Shown here in pieces: positions 41,340 to 56,600 of a stretch of DNA of 64,000 bases. Within the stretch, counting starts at the first letter, position 1, and the number at the start of each line of letters is the position of its first letter. The notes beneath the pieces were generated by a model, which did no database searches, was not told the origin of the DNA, and saw nothing but the letters and a program-made list of their open reading frames with translations. Position numbers and translations under genes: made by a program. This DNA is from the human T2T-CHM13v2.0 reference genome, Homo sapiens: assembly GCF_009914755.1 (NCBI RefSeq), contig NC_060928.1; one strand, written 5' to 3'.

Positions 41340-42280
41340 AAAAAATGATACATAATATTTATGTGTATCTACAGGATACATGTGATATTTTGATAAATGT
41401 GTACAATGTGTAATGATCAAATCAGCATAACTAGGGTATCCATCACCTCAACCATTCATCATTCCTTTGTGTTGGAAACATTCCAAATCATCTCTTCTAG
41501 CTATTTTGAAATATACTGTAAATTCTTATTACTTATACTCGCCCTACTGTGCTTTGGAACACTGGAACTTATTCCTCTTATCTAACTGTATTTTCTACCC
41601 ATTAACTAACCTCTCTTCATCTCCTCTTCCCCCTACCCTTCCCAGTTTCTGGTAACCATCATTCTACTCTATCTCTATGAGATCAGATTTTTCTAGTTCC
41701 CACATATGAGAACACACAAAATTTGTCCTTCTGTGTCTGTCTTATTTCACTTCACATAAGGTCCTTTAGTTGCATCCACATTGATGCGAATGACGGGATT
41801 GGATTCTTTTTATGGCTGAATAATATTGCATTGTGTATACATAACACATTTCTGTATCCATTTATCCAATGATGGACACTAAAGTTGATTAATTATCTTG
41901 GCTATTGTTAATAATGCTGCAATAAACATTGAAGTGCAGATATCTCTTTGATATACTGATTTCCTTTCTTCTAGATACACATCCAAGAGTGGGATTGCTG
42001 GAGCCTATGGTAGTTCAATTTTTAGTCTTTTGAGGAAACTTCATACTGTTTTCCATAGTTGCTGTACTAATTCACACTTCTATAAACAGTATACAGGTAT
42101 TCCCCTTTCTCCACATTCATGCCATCACTTGTCAGTTTCTCTTTATGTCAATAGCCATATGAGGGCATGCAAACGGCCAACAGGTATATGAAAATACGTT
42201 CAGTATCGCTAATTATCAAGGAAATGCAAATCAAAAGCACAGTGAGAGCTCATCTTACATCAGTAAAAGTGGCTACTATC
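41340..42280 (-). mobile_element. L1MA 3' end with an inverted 5' segment (42161-42280)
   Basis: Antisense L1MA 3'UTR/ORF2 at 41340-42158, then sense L1 ORF2 caaacggccaacaggtatatgaaaa...gaaatgcaaatcaaaagcacagtgag...gtggctactatc. Confidence 0.88.
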
Positions 42281-42477
42281 TTTTTCTGCTTTCTGTAGAT
42301 ACATGTACATATAATAGTCTTCATTAATTAAAACTAATTTTGACTAACTCTCATTAATACCCCAAAAATGAATACATCAACATATTAAATGACTTGTTTT
42401 AAAATATATAATTTGAATTAATATAACTAGGAAGTGAAAACAAGCCTAAATATACAGTTTGATGGCAGACAATTGTA

Positions 42478-42555
42478 ATGGGTGGATGGGTGGATGGATG
42501 GATGGATAAATGGATGGGTGGAAGAATGGAAGGAGAAATTGATTCATGGATGGAC
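42478..42555. repeat. (TGGA)n simple repeat
   Basis: ggtggatgggtggatggatggatggat. Confidence 0.85.
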
Positions 42556-44318
42556 AGTCTGAGGGGCAGATTAAAAATTAAAGAAAAATATGTTGCTTAG
42601 TTTAAAATTCTTCCAGGTATAGAACATGAAACTGCCAGAAAAAGGAGGCCCACAGAGAATAGAGGTGGAATGATATCTGGCAATTCTCAACCTTAGTAAG
42701 GATTGTATAACCCTTTTCTGCTGAACACAGCCATAAAGCAAGGTTTGCCATTTGCCAGAAGTTACACCAGTTAAGAATATCACTTTGAATGTTCTAATGT
42801 TGCAACGAATTGGCCGTATTTTTTTAAGTTCTTTTCAGCTAATCCTTTCAGCTAGCCTTGAGATCTGCTATGCATCAGAGCTGCCCCATCATGTTTGGGA
42901 TGTGCAGACAGCTCTCTGAGAGTCTTTGGCAGCAGCCTGTGAATCTGTGCCGAAGAGGGATTGTTTTAAAGTTGCTTTCTCTTTATTTTTGTTGTTGTTT
43001 CTCCAAATACTTAGTTTGCAGCAGCATCTGCTATCTCAGCTCAGACTGTCCAAGCAGATGTCCCATTACCTCATGTGATGAGCGAGTTGCTCGAACAAAG
43101 CTCCTGCTCCTCCTTGGCAGGTAGTCCTAGACACTTTTTTCAAACTCAGACTGTAAAAATAGCCTGAATCCACCAAGGGATGAAAACTAATGAGAGGCAG
43201 TTTTTCTGCAAACTTGGTGAGGAGGATAATGGGCTCCCTCTGAGTCCTCAGTTTTATTAGTATTTCCATTTCAGCAAAATGTGCTTTTGACACAGCTTTC
43301 AAATTATCACTGAATTTATCAAGCCCATTTTACTTGAGCTTGATGCTCTTGGTGAAGCTTGGGAGATGACTTCAATATTTCTAAGTATGTAGTGAGTGTG
43401 AAATGTGGGCAAACTGTGGTGTCTTCAGTCTTCGTGTCCTGCTGCATATTGTAAGTAAACAAGCAGTGCCCCCGATGCACACACTAGTCACAAGCAGTGG
43501 CTCTGCCGTGATGGTGTGGTCTTGCCTACGGATGCTGCTTCTCTAGAAGAAAGGCACAGTAAATGAACACAACGGTAATTTTTAACTTAAACTGATTGTT
43601 GAGGAAATAATTTATTACCAACACTTATCTCCTATTTCGATGTAATCCTTTCCCACATAATTCCTTAGAATACTAGGAAGTTAAATATATTTGCTCGTGC
43701 ATTTGGAGGCAGAGTACTTGGACTTGGGAAATATGGAAACAAGGTCTACTCTCTGTATGCAATGCACTATATAGTTTTACATACAGTATCTCATTACATT
43801 GTATACAACCTAATTAAGTTAGATGTTTCTATCTGAACTTCATTAAGGTAGAAACAGATATTAAGTATGATATTAAATATTTCTTACTTATGCAAGTAAG
43901 AAACTGGCACAAGTTTATACCTAGAAGGTGGCAGAGAAATATTTAAATATACCTGAATCCAAATTACATTTTCCTTCTACTGTGCTACCAGTGAGGCAAA
44001 TAATTTTTGGTACAATTTTTATGATCTCTAAGCCTTATTTTTTCCTCTATAAAGTGAGGTAACTTTACAGACTTAATAAAAATACAATCATACATACATG
44101 AACATACACCCACAAATGCAAAAAACACAGACACGCACTCACGAATACACTCATATTGCTTAGCACAACCAGAAACATAATAAGTGTTCAATATATGGTA
44201 GCTAATTTTGTTTTTGTAGTATTTGCAAAGTGCAAATAACTATTAACGGCTTAACGCTTGTCTATCTTAATGATTATCTGCACTAGGTGGCCTATATAGC
44301 ACCATTTACCCCAAGTAA

Positions 44319-44658
<340 letters not shown>

Positions 44659-45477
44659 TAATACCCTAATGATGGTCTTTCTGGTTAAGTGCATGAGCTC
44701 TTCGGAACAGGAATGCTCCCTTCTAGAGGACCCACTGGACAGACCACCACAGTGGCCCCTTCACGCTGGGACACCACCAACAATGGGCTTCACAATGACC
44801 TGCATGTCATGACACCACTACCAGTGGTTTTCAGCACCGAGGCTCATTTTGTACATATTAACAGTGGTTCCTAGTATGGCTGATAACTTTTATTTTCTAC
44901 TTTATGTTTCTCTAGCATAGTGGTTTTGATTATAGACCCTTTTACAACTGAATTGTTATAAAATCTTGAACAAGTTATTTAACCATGCTACACTGCAGCT
45001 CTTCTTTTAACCTTGATGAAAAAATTACTTACTTACATAAAATGTTTAACATAATAGTACCTCAAACATAACCAGTATTCAATAAATGTTAGCTATTATT
45101 TTTGTTTACTTGTATTATCACCACAAATAATAATATTATAATTTAAATAATATTTGTTCCTCTTATAGCTGTGAAAATTTAAAAGCAGGTCAAATACTTA
45201 TAATACTTAACTTAAAGTTGCCTTAAAAAGGACAGAGAAAAGTATTTTTATTATAGTAAGCGTAACTGAAACATAATTATTTGTAATATTTTAAAATTAT
45301 ATCTTCTGTGGCAAAAGATTGGATCGAAGGCCTAAACATTGCTAGAAGCAACAGAAAAATTAAATAATAGCACACATACTCAATGACGGACATTTTAAAA
45401 ATTCATCTTATGTGGGAATTTTTCTCCTTTGTTTAGCTACTCAGGGAGTCCTAGAGAGAAAATGAGAAGAAGCGAAT

Positions 45478-45540
45478 GATGGAAGAAGGAAGGACGAAGG
45501 GAGAAAAGAAGGGAGAGGGGAAGAAAGGAAGGAAGGAAGC
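45478..45540. repeat. GA-rich/(GGAA)n purine tract
   Basis: ggaagaaggaaggacgaagggagaaaagaagggagaggggaagaaaggaaggaaggaag. Confidence 0.8.
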
Positions 45541-47011
45541 AGTAATGGATCTACAAATAAACTTTTCCTTCCTGTTTTTTGAAGCCTGATGCCTGCCTAA
45601 GTGTTTTGCATGATTTGCAACTCTGCCTTCTAGAACTTTAGACCTGGAAGATGTCTGAGTAATAATTCAGTGTATGACAGTGTTTTTATAAAATATAACA
45701 CAACTGAAGCTCAAGGAACTAATTGATTTTCCAAAGGTATTTGTTTAGGGAAAGGGAAAGAGACATTTGACAGAGTGAAATGATTCGGGGTGGACCTAAG
45801 TTTTAAATTATTTTCAAAGTCATATATGTGCATGTTTGTGTCATTGTTTTCAGAGAAAAGAGTGACACACATAGCCAGTTTAAAAATAAATTGTTACACA
45901 GACTCTGCTGAGACCTTTGGAGTTAAATTGAGAAAAATATATTTTTTATTCTCAGAGTAAAATAATAAGATACTTACGTAGCTGCCAATAAATCCGTTCA
46001 ATGCAGAGAACAGTGGGAAGCCAATGTTTTGTGTATTGTTTTGGAATGTCTCTGGGCAGGTTTTCTTCCACATATAGTAATTAGATATATTGTAAAAATT
46101 TGTCAGTGGCCAGCAGGGCAATTTCATACTTCAAGAAGATTTTTCAGTTAAAGAAGAAAACAATAAGAAAGTAATAGCATTCTCTGTCATTAAGTACACC
46201 CAGATATCCCTTTTTGATCTACAGTGTGCTCTTATTGACATACAGTATAATCACAATTTTTAAAAATGACTGCATAAACTGAAGCAAATCATATGAAGTA
46301 CTTATTTTCTCTCATTGTGGTATGCAAAGAAAAAAACTCTCATCCCCCTCAAAAATAAATAAAAGAGAAATAATCTACTTAGGAGGGTTTTTTACAAAGA
46401 ATCCTAAACATAAAGAAGTGATTCCACAAATCTCTGTTTCAAGATAAATTTGCTTGATTTGATTTTTGCATTTGAATTACATCTACAATTAGAGCAGAGT
46501 TGTAAAGATGAAAAATTTATCTCAGAAAATAGAGCATTTTGATTTTCAGATTACAATGTGCAAGATTGACAGCCTCTATTTTGGCTCATACTAGCTTTTT
46601 CCCTAATGCAGTAACAAAAAACATATTTATTTAATGTATGCATTCATATATGCATAAACAAAACATTCTTCCTGTAAGAAGTACAAATAATTTAAAAACT
46701 TAAATAGTTTGGTCATGAATATTACTCATTATGAAGTAAGAATATAGCAAAAATTTAAAAAGCAAAACCTTGCACTCAATTAAAAAAAAAGTAAGGCCTT
46801 TAAATATTAAATGGTCTGTATCATCTTCTGTAAGAAAAGTAAAAAGATAACGTGGATTAAATAAACAAAAAGATAAACATAGTAAGGATGTAAAAGAGAA
46901 CAAGATATTGATGAGAATATTTAAGTCCTATAGTCAAAATTAAGAAAGGGAAAAGGCCTGGTTGATTGTTTCATGGCCAATGCATAGTTACAGGACAAGA
47001 TTTCTAAATAA

Positions 47012-47399
<388 letters not shown>

Positions 47400-47719
47400 A
47401 GAAAGTTTTTATTTTTGTAACTTGCTGGTATAGTCATGAAAATATTTTGTAACCAGTTACAATACAGAGGTATTTGTCTGCGTGTGTGTATGTGTGTGTG
47501 TGTGTCTGTCTGTCTGTCTGTCCGAAAAGAACATAATACTTGTATTTGTATCTGCATATTTAGAATTTTCTTTCATTGGTCCTCCCTATAGCTCAGTATT
47601 TGGCCTTCCTGGCATTAAACTGTTTTTTTTTTTTTTTGTAACACACTGTAATAAGCTACCAAAGTTTACCTTTAAAAGTAAACGTGGGTTAAAATAAATT
47701 TGACTTGATATCATAGAAA

Positions 47720-47915
47720 TTTGGCAAGACTTTTGTTCAAATTCCAGTTAAGAACTTGCCATCTGGTTGATTCTGGGCTAGTTATATAACCTCTCTGAAC
47801 TTCATTTTTCTCATATGAAAAGTAAAGATTCTACATAAAAATATAAAGGTTTAGAGCAGTGTATTTCATAAAGTGTATATCATAACGTAGTTTCTCAATA
47901 AACAGTTATTGCTAT
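47720..47915 (+). mobile_element. MIR
   Basis: gttcaaattccag...ctgggctagttatataacctctctgaacttcatttttctcatatgaaa...tctcaataaacagttattg. Confidence 0.7.
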
Positions 47916-48402
47916 GAGTATTGCTATTACAGCTACCAACATAAAAACTACCACTAATAACAAAATTTTCTGGTTGATCTATGAGTGACAAAGAATATTT
48001 TCCTGGGTAAATGTAAGAATTAAGTGATCTAATTTATGTAATATGCCTGAAACTATTAGTTACTCAATAAGTTTTATTTATGCTATATCTACTATTAATA
48101 TTGCTTTCCAATAGTATTTTTCTAAAATCAACACTTTTTTCTCCATGAAAACTCCTCCTGGGAGAAAAGGAAAAACAGGCAAAGTTGTTTGTAAACGATT
48201 GTTGAGTGCTCAATATCAGATATGCAGTGACCCTCACTGCTTCTTATTCAGTGTACAATGTCAGATTTCCAGTGTTTCTTCCTTTCCTGGACAATTAATA
48301 AATATTAGCTATATTCATATTTCATATTAATATCCAAAAATAATGGCTTTCATATGCATTGTGCCCTGTGATGGTCTCAACTACTTTGGTGATATAAGCA
48401 GG

Positions 48403-48843
48403 TAAATTAGTTTGCTGAAGTTACTGTAACAAATTACCACAGACTTGGTGGCATAAAACAATGGAAATTTATTCTGTCACACAGTTGCACAAGCCAAAAG
48501 TCTGAAACAAAGGTGCTGCCAGAGCCACACTGCCTCTGGAGGTTCTAGAGGAGAATCTGTCCCTTCCTCTTTCAGCTTCTCATGCCTCTAGGCATTCACT
48601 TGTTTGTGACTTTAGTCTCTGCTTCTTCTTTCATATAAACTTCTCTATATCTGTCTTCTCTTCTGTCACTTATAAGGCCACTTGTTATGGGCTTTTGGAC
48701 CCATCAAGGGTAATCCGGTATGATCACATCTCAAGATACGCAGCTTAATTACCTCTAAAAATTTCAAATAAGGTCACATTGACAGATTCTGGGAGTTAAA
48801 CATAGACATATCTGTTCTGGGGACCATCATTCAGTTCACAACA
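48403..48843 (-). mobile_element. MLT1B/C MaLR LTR
   Basis: ctgtaacaaattaccacagacttggtggcataaaacaatggaaatttattctg...ggttctagaggagaatc...caaataaggtcacatt...cattcagttcacaaca. Confidence 0.85.
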
Positions 48844-51309
48844 GCAGGTCAGGTAATGCTGCAGAAGGAGATAACTAATCTCCACAGAGTTTTATGAATT
48901 TTCGTAGCTTAAGGTATCATGGTTAGTAAGTTGTGGAAATGGGGTTAGAATTCAGGTTGTGATTACTGGATATGCATATATGCTGGGAAAGCATCTTGAT
49001 CCAAATCAATAGTTAGATGTTGTTTAACTCAAACTTTTGCCAAAGTGATGAATTTATGACATAGTTCTTCTGTAGAATGTCAGAAAATGTCATGGGGAAT
49101 GGAATCTAAGATTTAATAAGGCTGTAAAACAGTAGGTCATATAAGGTTAGTTGGCGTTCTTTAATACGGAATGTAGAATCTTTTACATTAAAGTACAGCA
49201 TGACTTTCTGGGAGAAAAAATACTGGATAACACATTTCCCAAACCTATTTAACTCTGGAATAATTATTTTTTCTTTTCAGAGTATCTTTTAAGGTCATTT
49301 TCTATAGCACAAAGTTTTGGGACAAGTTGGTCTAATCTAAAAAGAGAAAAAAACTGGATTGTAATTCCTGAACTTTGGAGCCAGGTAGGAAAGAAGTCCA
49401 CGGTGAGAAAAGATGTGTGGGGGAAGGGCATCCCACTAGAGGCAATTCAACAAATATCTATTGATTGCCTACTCTATTTAGAAAATGCAACCCTCTGAAT
49501 ACAATTGATATCTTCTTATACCTTACAGTGTAGGTATGGGGTCTAAGAAGGTAAAGGCAAAAAAGAATTAAGTTCTTAGAAGAGAGAATGGTGTTTGCCC
49601 AGATTCAGAGCTAAGAAAAGCTTCAGTCTAGACAAGGAGAAAAGAATGTAATATTATTATTGATTTGGGAGATTTTTAACAAACCTTACTGTTACATTTT
49701 CAAATTCAATTTTATTTATTCTAAAAGGATGAAAAGGAATCCTCACTCTATCTTTGAGCCATTACCCATTTCGGACTGCTGTGCTGTCTCATTCCATCCT
49801 GTGCTCCAGGTCATCCTTTACCACATTCCTAAAACTTGTCCCCTTCTTTCTCAACTTCTATTTCTCTCTGATTGTAGTGGGATAGTGTTGTTTAAGTAAA
49901 ATGCAAGGTCTTTATAAAAATTACTAAGATTTGAATTACAATTTACACTCAAAGTTATCACTGCAATTTTTATATCTATGCAAATTGTTACAAGTAACAG
50001 AAAGAAAAAGCCTACTTTTCTGAGGAAATTACAGTTATAAGCATTTTGTTAATATGTTTTTCTTGGTGGTAGCTGGACTGAGAGAGTGACAGTAAGATAT
50101 AAAGTACGAAGTATGAAAAGTACTAAGAAGAAAATTAAGTGACTTTTTAAAGTCAAACTGTAAATATATGAGTCAACAATCGTTTCTAGTATTATATTTA
50201 TTATTTTATAATTTTCCAATTCTAAGATAGTCCAGCATGCCTTCTTTTCACATTATTCCACTTCGCTTTTCTTACTTTATTCTCTATTCTATTATCATAG
50301 CAACATGACTTAACATCTCCATTTTCTGCTTCCAAACTCATATATGCTGCCGCGGGGCAATTGTGACTTTCCTAGTTTTAGTGTAAGCCAAGACTTTGAC
50401 ATCAATAAGAAAAACTTTGGGCCAAAAAATATTATTCCCTGATGAAAGTACACATCCAAATAATATTTTCCAAAAATTCTAAGCTTGGAATATGAAAAAA
50501 AATGCAGAGTAATTTATGGAAAGAAGAATCTCTAGTACTTGACATTGAACATTTTAATTAGAAATGCATATGGACCATATGTTAAAATTTGACTTCCATG
50601 TCTATCCAGAGAAACCACAGTATCTACCAGGATATAAGTTGAAAAGAGGGATAAGTTGTCTTTTCATCTTTTAAAAATTCTTTAGAGTCTCAAGAGAAGG
50701 AATATACATCCCATGTAGATTTAGGTTGAATTAGTTGGACTTGAACACTATATATTATTTCAAGCTTTCATGTTGCAAGTAAGATACTTTGATTTGTGTC
50801 TTCAAGAGGTTGCTGAAGAATGTATAGAACAAGCGTTTCTCATATGCAAAACTTTTATGGAGATACATAATGATATTTCTGCCTATCAAAGTAACACTTA
50901 GAAAATTAATAATCCATGCTAATATGTGTGTCAACATAACCACAGAGTAATCATTTAAAGTGCAAAATAATAAACTTTTTCATGAGTATCATAGCAAAAA
51001 TTACTGACTTCTATAACACTTTAAAATGTGAATTCTGTCAAATCAACCTTTTATCTATATAATAATGTGCCAATCAGGAAGCAGTGATGGGAAGGGCATC
51101 AGCTTGGGTCCTGGCAGAGACTTCAAGGTGGGTGACTTTGATATAATCTTTAAAAACTCTGAGATTCTAATTTGTCATCTTCAAGATTAGGATGTTATTT
51201 ATAGCCATTTGCCAGGGTTTCTTTCTTCTAAAAATTTAACCAGTTTATGGATATAAAATCATTTGTCATAGCTCTCTATATGATGACTATTGACCACTAC
51301 TTGCACCAG

Positions 51310-51462
51310 AATGATCTAGAGTGGGTGTTAAGAATGCCGATTCCTGAGTCCCACAGCAAACCTACTAAATGGAAGTTTTGAGAAGTGGTTTCAGGACATC
51401 TGCATTTTATATAGCCACTTCAGTATAGCACTCTTCCCTGTACTAAAGTTTGATAACCACTA
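51310..51462. mobile_element. MER5-like hAT DNA transposon fragment
   Basis: tgttaagaatgccgattcctgagtcccac...catctgcatttt...taaagtttgataaccacta. Confidence 0.65.
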
Positions 51463-52565
51463 ATATACAGTGAATTATTTTAATAGTTATGCAGTACTCT
51501 ATTTTCAGTATTACTTTATAAGTTGAATTAGTAATAAAAAATAGCTTTTATTTGTATAGGGATTCATGATTATAGATTTGAAGTTATTTTCTTCATGCCA
51601 GGAACATCTTTCCGTTTCACTCTAGAATAGAAATTTCAAAGAGGAAACAGACTACAGATTCCTGAAGTCCCTTATCAATATTTGCATCATCAAATTAGGA
51701 ACAAATGTTAGAATAATAGAAATTCAAGCGAGAAAGATTCTGTTTTTGGAATCTTGTAGTAATTGTCAGATAAAATAATATTTTATATGTATTATAAAAC
51801 TTTTGATGTTGAATGTTGAATGTTCCCATTGTGGTGCAAATCAATATGGATTATGGCACAGTATGAGATTTTTTAAAAAATGAGTGAACATGAAACAAGG
51901 AAGTCATACCAAGCAAAAAACAGACTCTCATTCATGTTATTTGAGTAAATGTTTTAGTGAAGCAATAGATCTCCAAAAATTATTTTATATTAATGAGAGT
52001 TTGCATTGTATGCATTTTATAGCTAGCATAAGGATAAGGTTGTAAGGTCCTAATCAGGGAAATTAGGCAATGGTTTTCCATAGTGTTTCTGTCTTTGCTC
52101 TGGACAAACAAGGATATTTTATGTCAAATACTCTTCAGGGACCTTCTATATTGTCATGAAATATCAAGGAACTCGTTAGTTAGGTAATTGGTCATAGTCT
52201 TTGATTTCCAAAGTCCCGTAATAAGAAGATAAACAAGTTGGGGGTTACCTATATAACAAACATGATAAAATATGTTCATATATTAACATACTGGGGAGGA
52301 GGTGGGAGAGCAGCTTGCAAAGGAAGACTGCATGTAAAGTTACTACACAAGTGTGGGGTTAGGGGAAGACCAGTGGGAGAAACCTGATAGATTTGGTTAA
52401 GTTGCTAGAAGGGTAAGGCCATGATGTCAAAATGAGCTATAGTCATATGGCATGTGACACCTGCTTGGCCCTCACCTACAAACAGGCACAGGAACACATG
52501 CCCAAGGACACAGGTATGTACTAGAGTGGAACTCACGCATTTTTGGAGTCAATGTGTTGAGAGGC

Positions 52566-53607
52566 TGTGATAGATACAAAAGACTCGTGCCTACTGATGA
52601 TGCCCAATAATCTTTTCTTTTTATTTTCTTCTTTTTTTTTTCCTTTTGAGACTGAGTCTCCCTCTGTCTCCCCAGCTGGAGTGCAGTTGCATAATCTTGG
52701 CTCACTGCAACCTCTGCTTCCCGAGTTCAAGCGATTCTCCTGCCTCAGCTCAGCCTCCCCAGTAGCTGGGATTACAGGTGCTGGCCACCACATCTGGCTA
52801 ACTTTTTTTTTTGTATTTTTAGTAGAGATGGGGTTTCACCATGTTGGCCAGGCTAGTTTTGAACTCTTGACCTTAAGTGATCCACCCGTCTCGGCCTCCC
52901 AAAGTGCTGGGATTACAAACAGACATGAGCCACCACACCCCACCCAACAATTTTTTTCTATGCACCTCCCACTTGAAAGACCTGGGACCTAGAGGGGAAA
53001 GCTATTTTCCTTCTTGGCAGAAAGAGGTTCAAGAATACTCAAGACTCAGCACAGGGATTAAGATCCTAAAACACACTGGGAGTGGCGTGAACAGTAACCC
53101 AAGACCCCTAAATACATACTTTACAAGGAGAGAAGCACCGTGAGTAGAGAGCAGTGAGACTTCTGCGCATGTGTGGCGCCTTCAGAATCCACCTCTTACA
53201 TCTCCTACTCTGAGGAGAAAAATTAAGCAGTGTCCCCAACCACTGTGCTCTGAAATTCATCATCTGCACCCAGGAAATGTGCCTGTCACAGGAACTTCCG
53301 GACGATGACACACTGTACAAGGGATAATCATACAGGCCTCCTGGGAGAAGCAGGGCTCCTCTGAAGGGTGAATTTGACTTAACTCTCTGTTGTCTCTTCT
53401 AAAACTGTCTTAGAGCTACCCTGCAGTCTAAGGCTTTCCTTCCTCTCCACTCTCCTTCGCAGGGTTCAGGCCTACAACATGGCCCGACCTGGTCAAACCT
53501 CTTCTGGCTCCTTCTCTACTTTCTCTCACAAGCATTTCTCCTCAATAAATACCATAGACATTTAATCGTGTCTTGGCATCTGCCTTTTGAGAACCTGGGC
53601 CAACATA
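52566..53607 (+). mobile_element. ERVL 5' LTR (MER54/MER74-like), interrupted by an Alu
   Basis: Begins tgtgatagatac. The 3' end ctcaataaataccatagacatttaatcgtgtcttggcatctgccttttgagaacctgggccaacata is directly followed by ERVL internal sequence. Confidence 0.65.
52619..52944 (-). mobile_element. AluS inside the ERVL LTR
   Basis: Reverse Alu with imperfect TSD caataatcttttct / caacaatttttttct. Confidence 0.95.
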
Positions 53608-56600
53608 GTGCTAGCAAAAGAGATCCAAGAAAGTAGATAGTAAGATGGGGATTTGGAACTGGCACAGTCACTATTCAACTGTCAAGAGGATTCCAATCTG
53701 GTTGGTAGGTAGGGCATAGATAGTACTTAGCACCAGGTGCAGCTCAGTGGCTAGAGATCTCACTGGTGGTGACCTGAAAATATGTCCTGGTGATGGGAAA
53801 TGAAGTGGCTGATGCAATGATTCAGACGTTGTAAAGATACAGTGTTTGAGGGGCAAACAATGCCTTCAAAAACACATCAGTTAGCTGGTTATAGCTAAAT
53901 CGCTCAATTATAGTGATAACCTACAGAGAGATGACAGACCAGGGACTACTAACAAGTAGTTAATGACTGAGTTGGAAAGTCAGGCAACAGAGAGACCTTT
54001 ATCACCTGTAGTGCAGCGGGAGAAATAGCTGAGAGACAGGCTGAACGAATAATTGTAGCAGTCAGGATCCAAAAAATTTTGAATGCTCAGCCAAGGTGGG
54101 TGTTTTATGCAAAGACCAGGGCCTTGGTGAGGAAAATATAGGATCCTCCAACATGAAATGAAGAGATCTAGGTGAATGCACCTAGAGATGTTAGCTCTGC
54201 AGACCCCCAAAACCCCTCTGAATTTGAAGAGGTAGCCCACCTTCGCTAATATGAGCTAGAGTTTCTATCACCATAGAAGAGGCTGCAGAATGACACACCC
54301 CTCCCCCACCTGCCATGTAACGGGTGAATCTCACAGGAGCTACCCTCATTACCTCTTCCAGCAGCCACCAGGGCCATATCACTGTAGGGTAAATGCCCCT
54401 GATGGCAATAACTTAATCATATCCTTAGAATGACCTTGTATGGCAGACGCACCTGAATGTGTGTCCCAAGCCAGGGAATCTGGGTGTGGCCAACCCAGAG
54501 ATTTGTTCCTCATGTATGAGGAACATCTGACACCCCCCGCCTCCCAGGTTTCTGTGGAACACAAGCTGCACAGGAGAGTGAGGTCCTGAGTTTTGGGTTG
54601 GATGAAGGTTGCCAGGTGGAGGTTATTACAGGGAAGGCGTTAAGTGAAAATGTTGTATAAACTGCTTGCTATTGGCAAGCGGTTGCAGCTTTCCTGACCA
54701 GTCTGCGGGCACTGGACTGTAGGAAGGTAGATATGTTGTCCAGCCCATGGCCCCTGGACTGGAGGGACAGAGGTGGTTCTCCTGTTCCACCCACTGCCAC
54801 TGGACTTTCTCCCCTGTATGTAATCCCCCAGTAAAACCCCATGTCTCATTTGCTCGCTCTGGTCTCTTCTTGGGCCTCTTGAACCTGGTACCTTCCCTAT
54901 TCATGTTAATAAACGTTCAGCACAACAATCTCTCTCCAACCTGGCCAGAGAGGTGCTGGCCTCATAAGTGATAATGAAACAGACTATATGACAAAAGAGT
55001 TGCAAGAATTAGCTTGTTTATACAGGTAAGATTCAGAAAACAAAAACAACCCCCAGGTTAGAATTTGAGCAGACTTGACTAAGGGGGCTTGAGTGTAAGA
55101 CTAGATAAGCAAGAATTTTTTTCAGTTTGGATTATTTCTTGGGGATGCAGAATTTAACAACTTAGTGTTCAGAAGATGAAGCAAACTTCATCTTACGGTA
55201 GTTTTTAGCATCTTAGGAAAGCAAAGGCCTACGCTCAGTGAGTGAGAACACCTGAGCTACCCTAACAGCTAACAGAGAAAGGAACAAAGAGGCTGAGGTC
55301 ATTTGTTATGCTAGAATGGATATATTACCAAAGGCAAGAGACCCACCTGAAGGCTAGGTTCCACAGGAACGGTGCAAGGTTCTATCATTCACCAATGACA
55401 TTAGGTATGCTCTGTTGAAAGGAGGACCAGTATCATCAAGACGTTCAGTTGTAGCTCCCCTCTTCAGGCCAGTGCTGAAGATAGTCACAGCTGTCACAGA
55501 GCTGAGCTCATTAACATCCATGAGGATGATTCCCCCACCAATAGAAGCCAGGTGACAGTGTATAATCACCAGAAGCCAGGAGACTGCAATTACAATAATT
55601 ACAGGCAAGGCCATGGAACCAGCTAAGGAGGCTTTTTCCTCACAGAGTTATGGAAATGGTTAATAGAGCATAACATCTCCAGGGGCAAAAGAGATGAATA
55701 GCTAAGAAGTATGCTGCTTAACATCTATGACCAAAAAAGGAAATAATGGAGGAGCAGAGGGATGAGGGCAATTGCTCCAATAAAAAGTAATGAGATCTTG
55801 CTAGTTTCTCAGGCCTGAGCCAGTTTTCAAATCTGGATCCCATTGACTAACAGAGTGGCCTGGTCCCTTGTAAGAGGACTTTGCAGCATCGTGGCAATTA
55901 CATACTGTAATGACTCCCCCAGTCCTTCCCAAGGGGAGCTGTGTCCATTTACTTGGGTCACTGTACACTGAAGTAAGAGGAATATTAAAACAGCTGGAGA
56001 ACTGGGGCCTGAGTTGACATTAAGCCATCATCACAGCTTCTTACTGGAGTGGGGGTTTATTGGAACCCTATGATAAATAGAGTCCTGTCTAAAAATCCAA
56101 CTCACAGTAGACAAGGGGGACTTACTAACTGTTCAGTTATCCAGTGCTCAAGTGTACAATTGGAATTGTTATATTTTGCAGTTAGAACAACCCCTCACAT
56201 ACTTAGCCTACAGGGAAGAGTATTCTTAGGAGGTATGACAAAGTGGAAACCCATAAAATTGCCCTTCCCTAACCAGGATAGTAAATGAAATAAAACATTA
56301 CATATCTGGAGTGAAGAGGAAGGTAGGATGGCAGAAATTAGCACCACATTTAATAACCTAAAGAATTCAAGGTCAATGATCCCAATGTTATCTCCATTTA
56401 ATTTGCTACTCGGCCCCCTAGAGAAACTATATGTACCCTTCAGTATCATTTTAGACTACTGCAGGCTTAATCAAGCAGTATCTTGAAACACTGCTATTTT
56501 TTAAATATAATTTCCTTGCTAGAACCAAAAAATGAAGTCTCAGTTATATGATATATGACCATCAGCTCACATCCAAGTGGACTGAACAAAAATATTCATT

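Noticed and set aside
45894-46127. Minus-strand ORF containing a consensus donor (AC|GTAAGT at ~45972-45979)
   Set aside because: No matching upstream acceptor and no protein similarity recognised.
52567-52992. Longest ORF (141 aa) and similar ORFs at 14688, 22445, 31492 and 31979
   Set aside because: These are Alu-derived translations ([30 protein letters not shown]), not genes.
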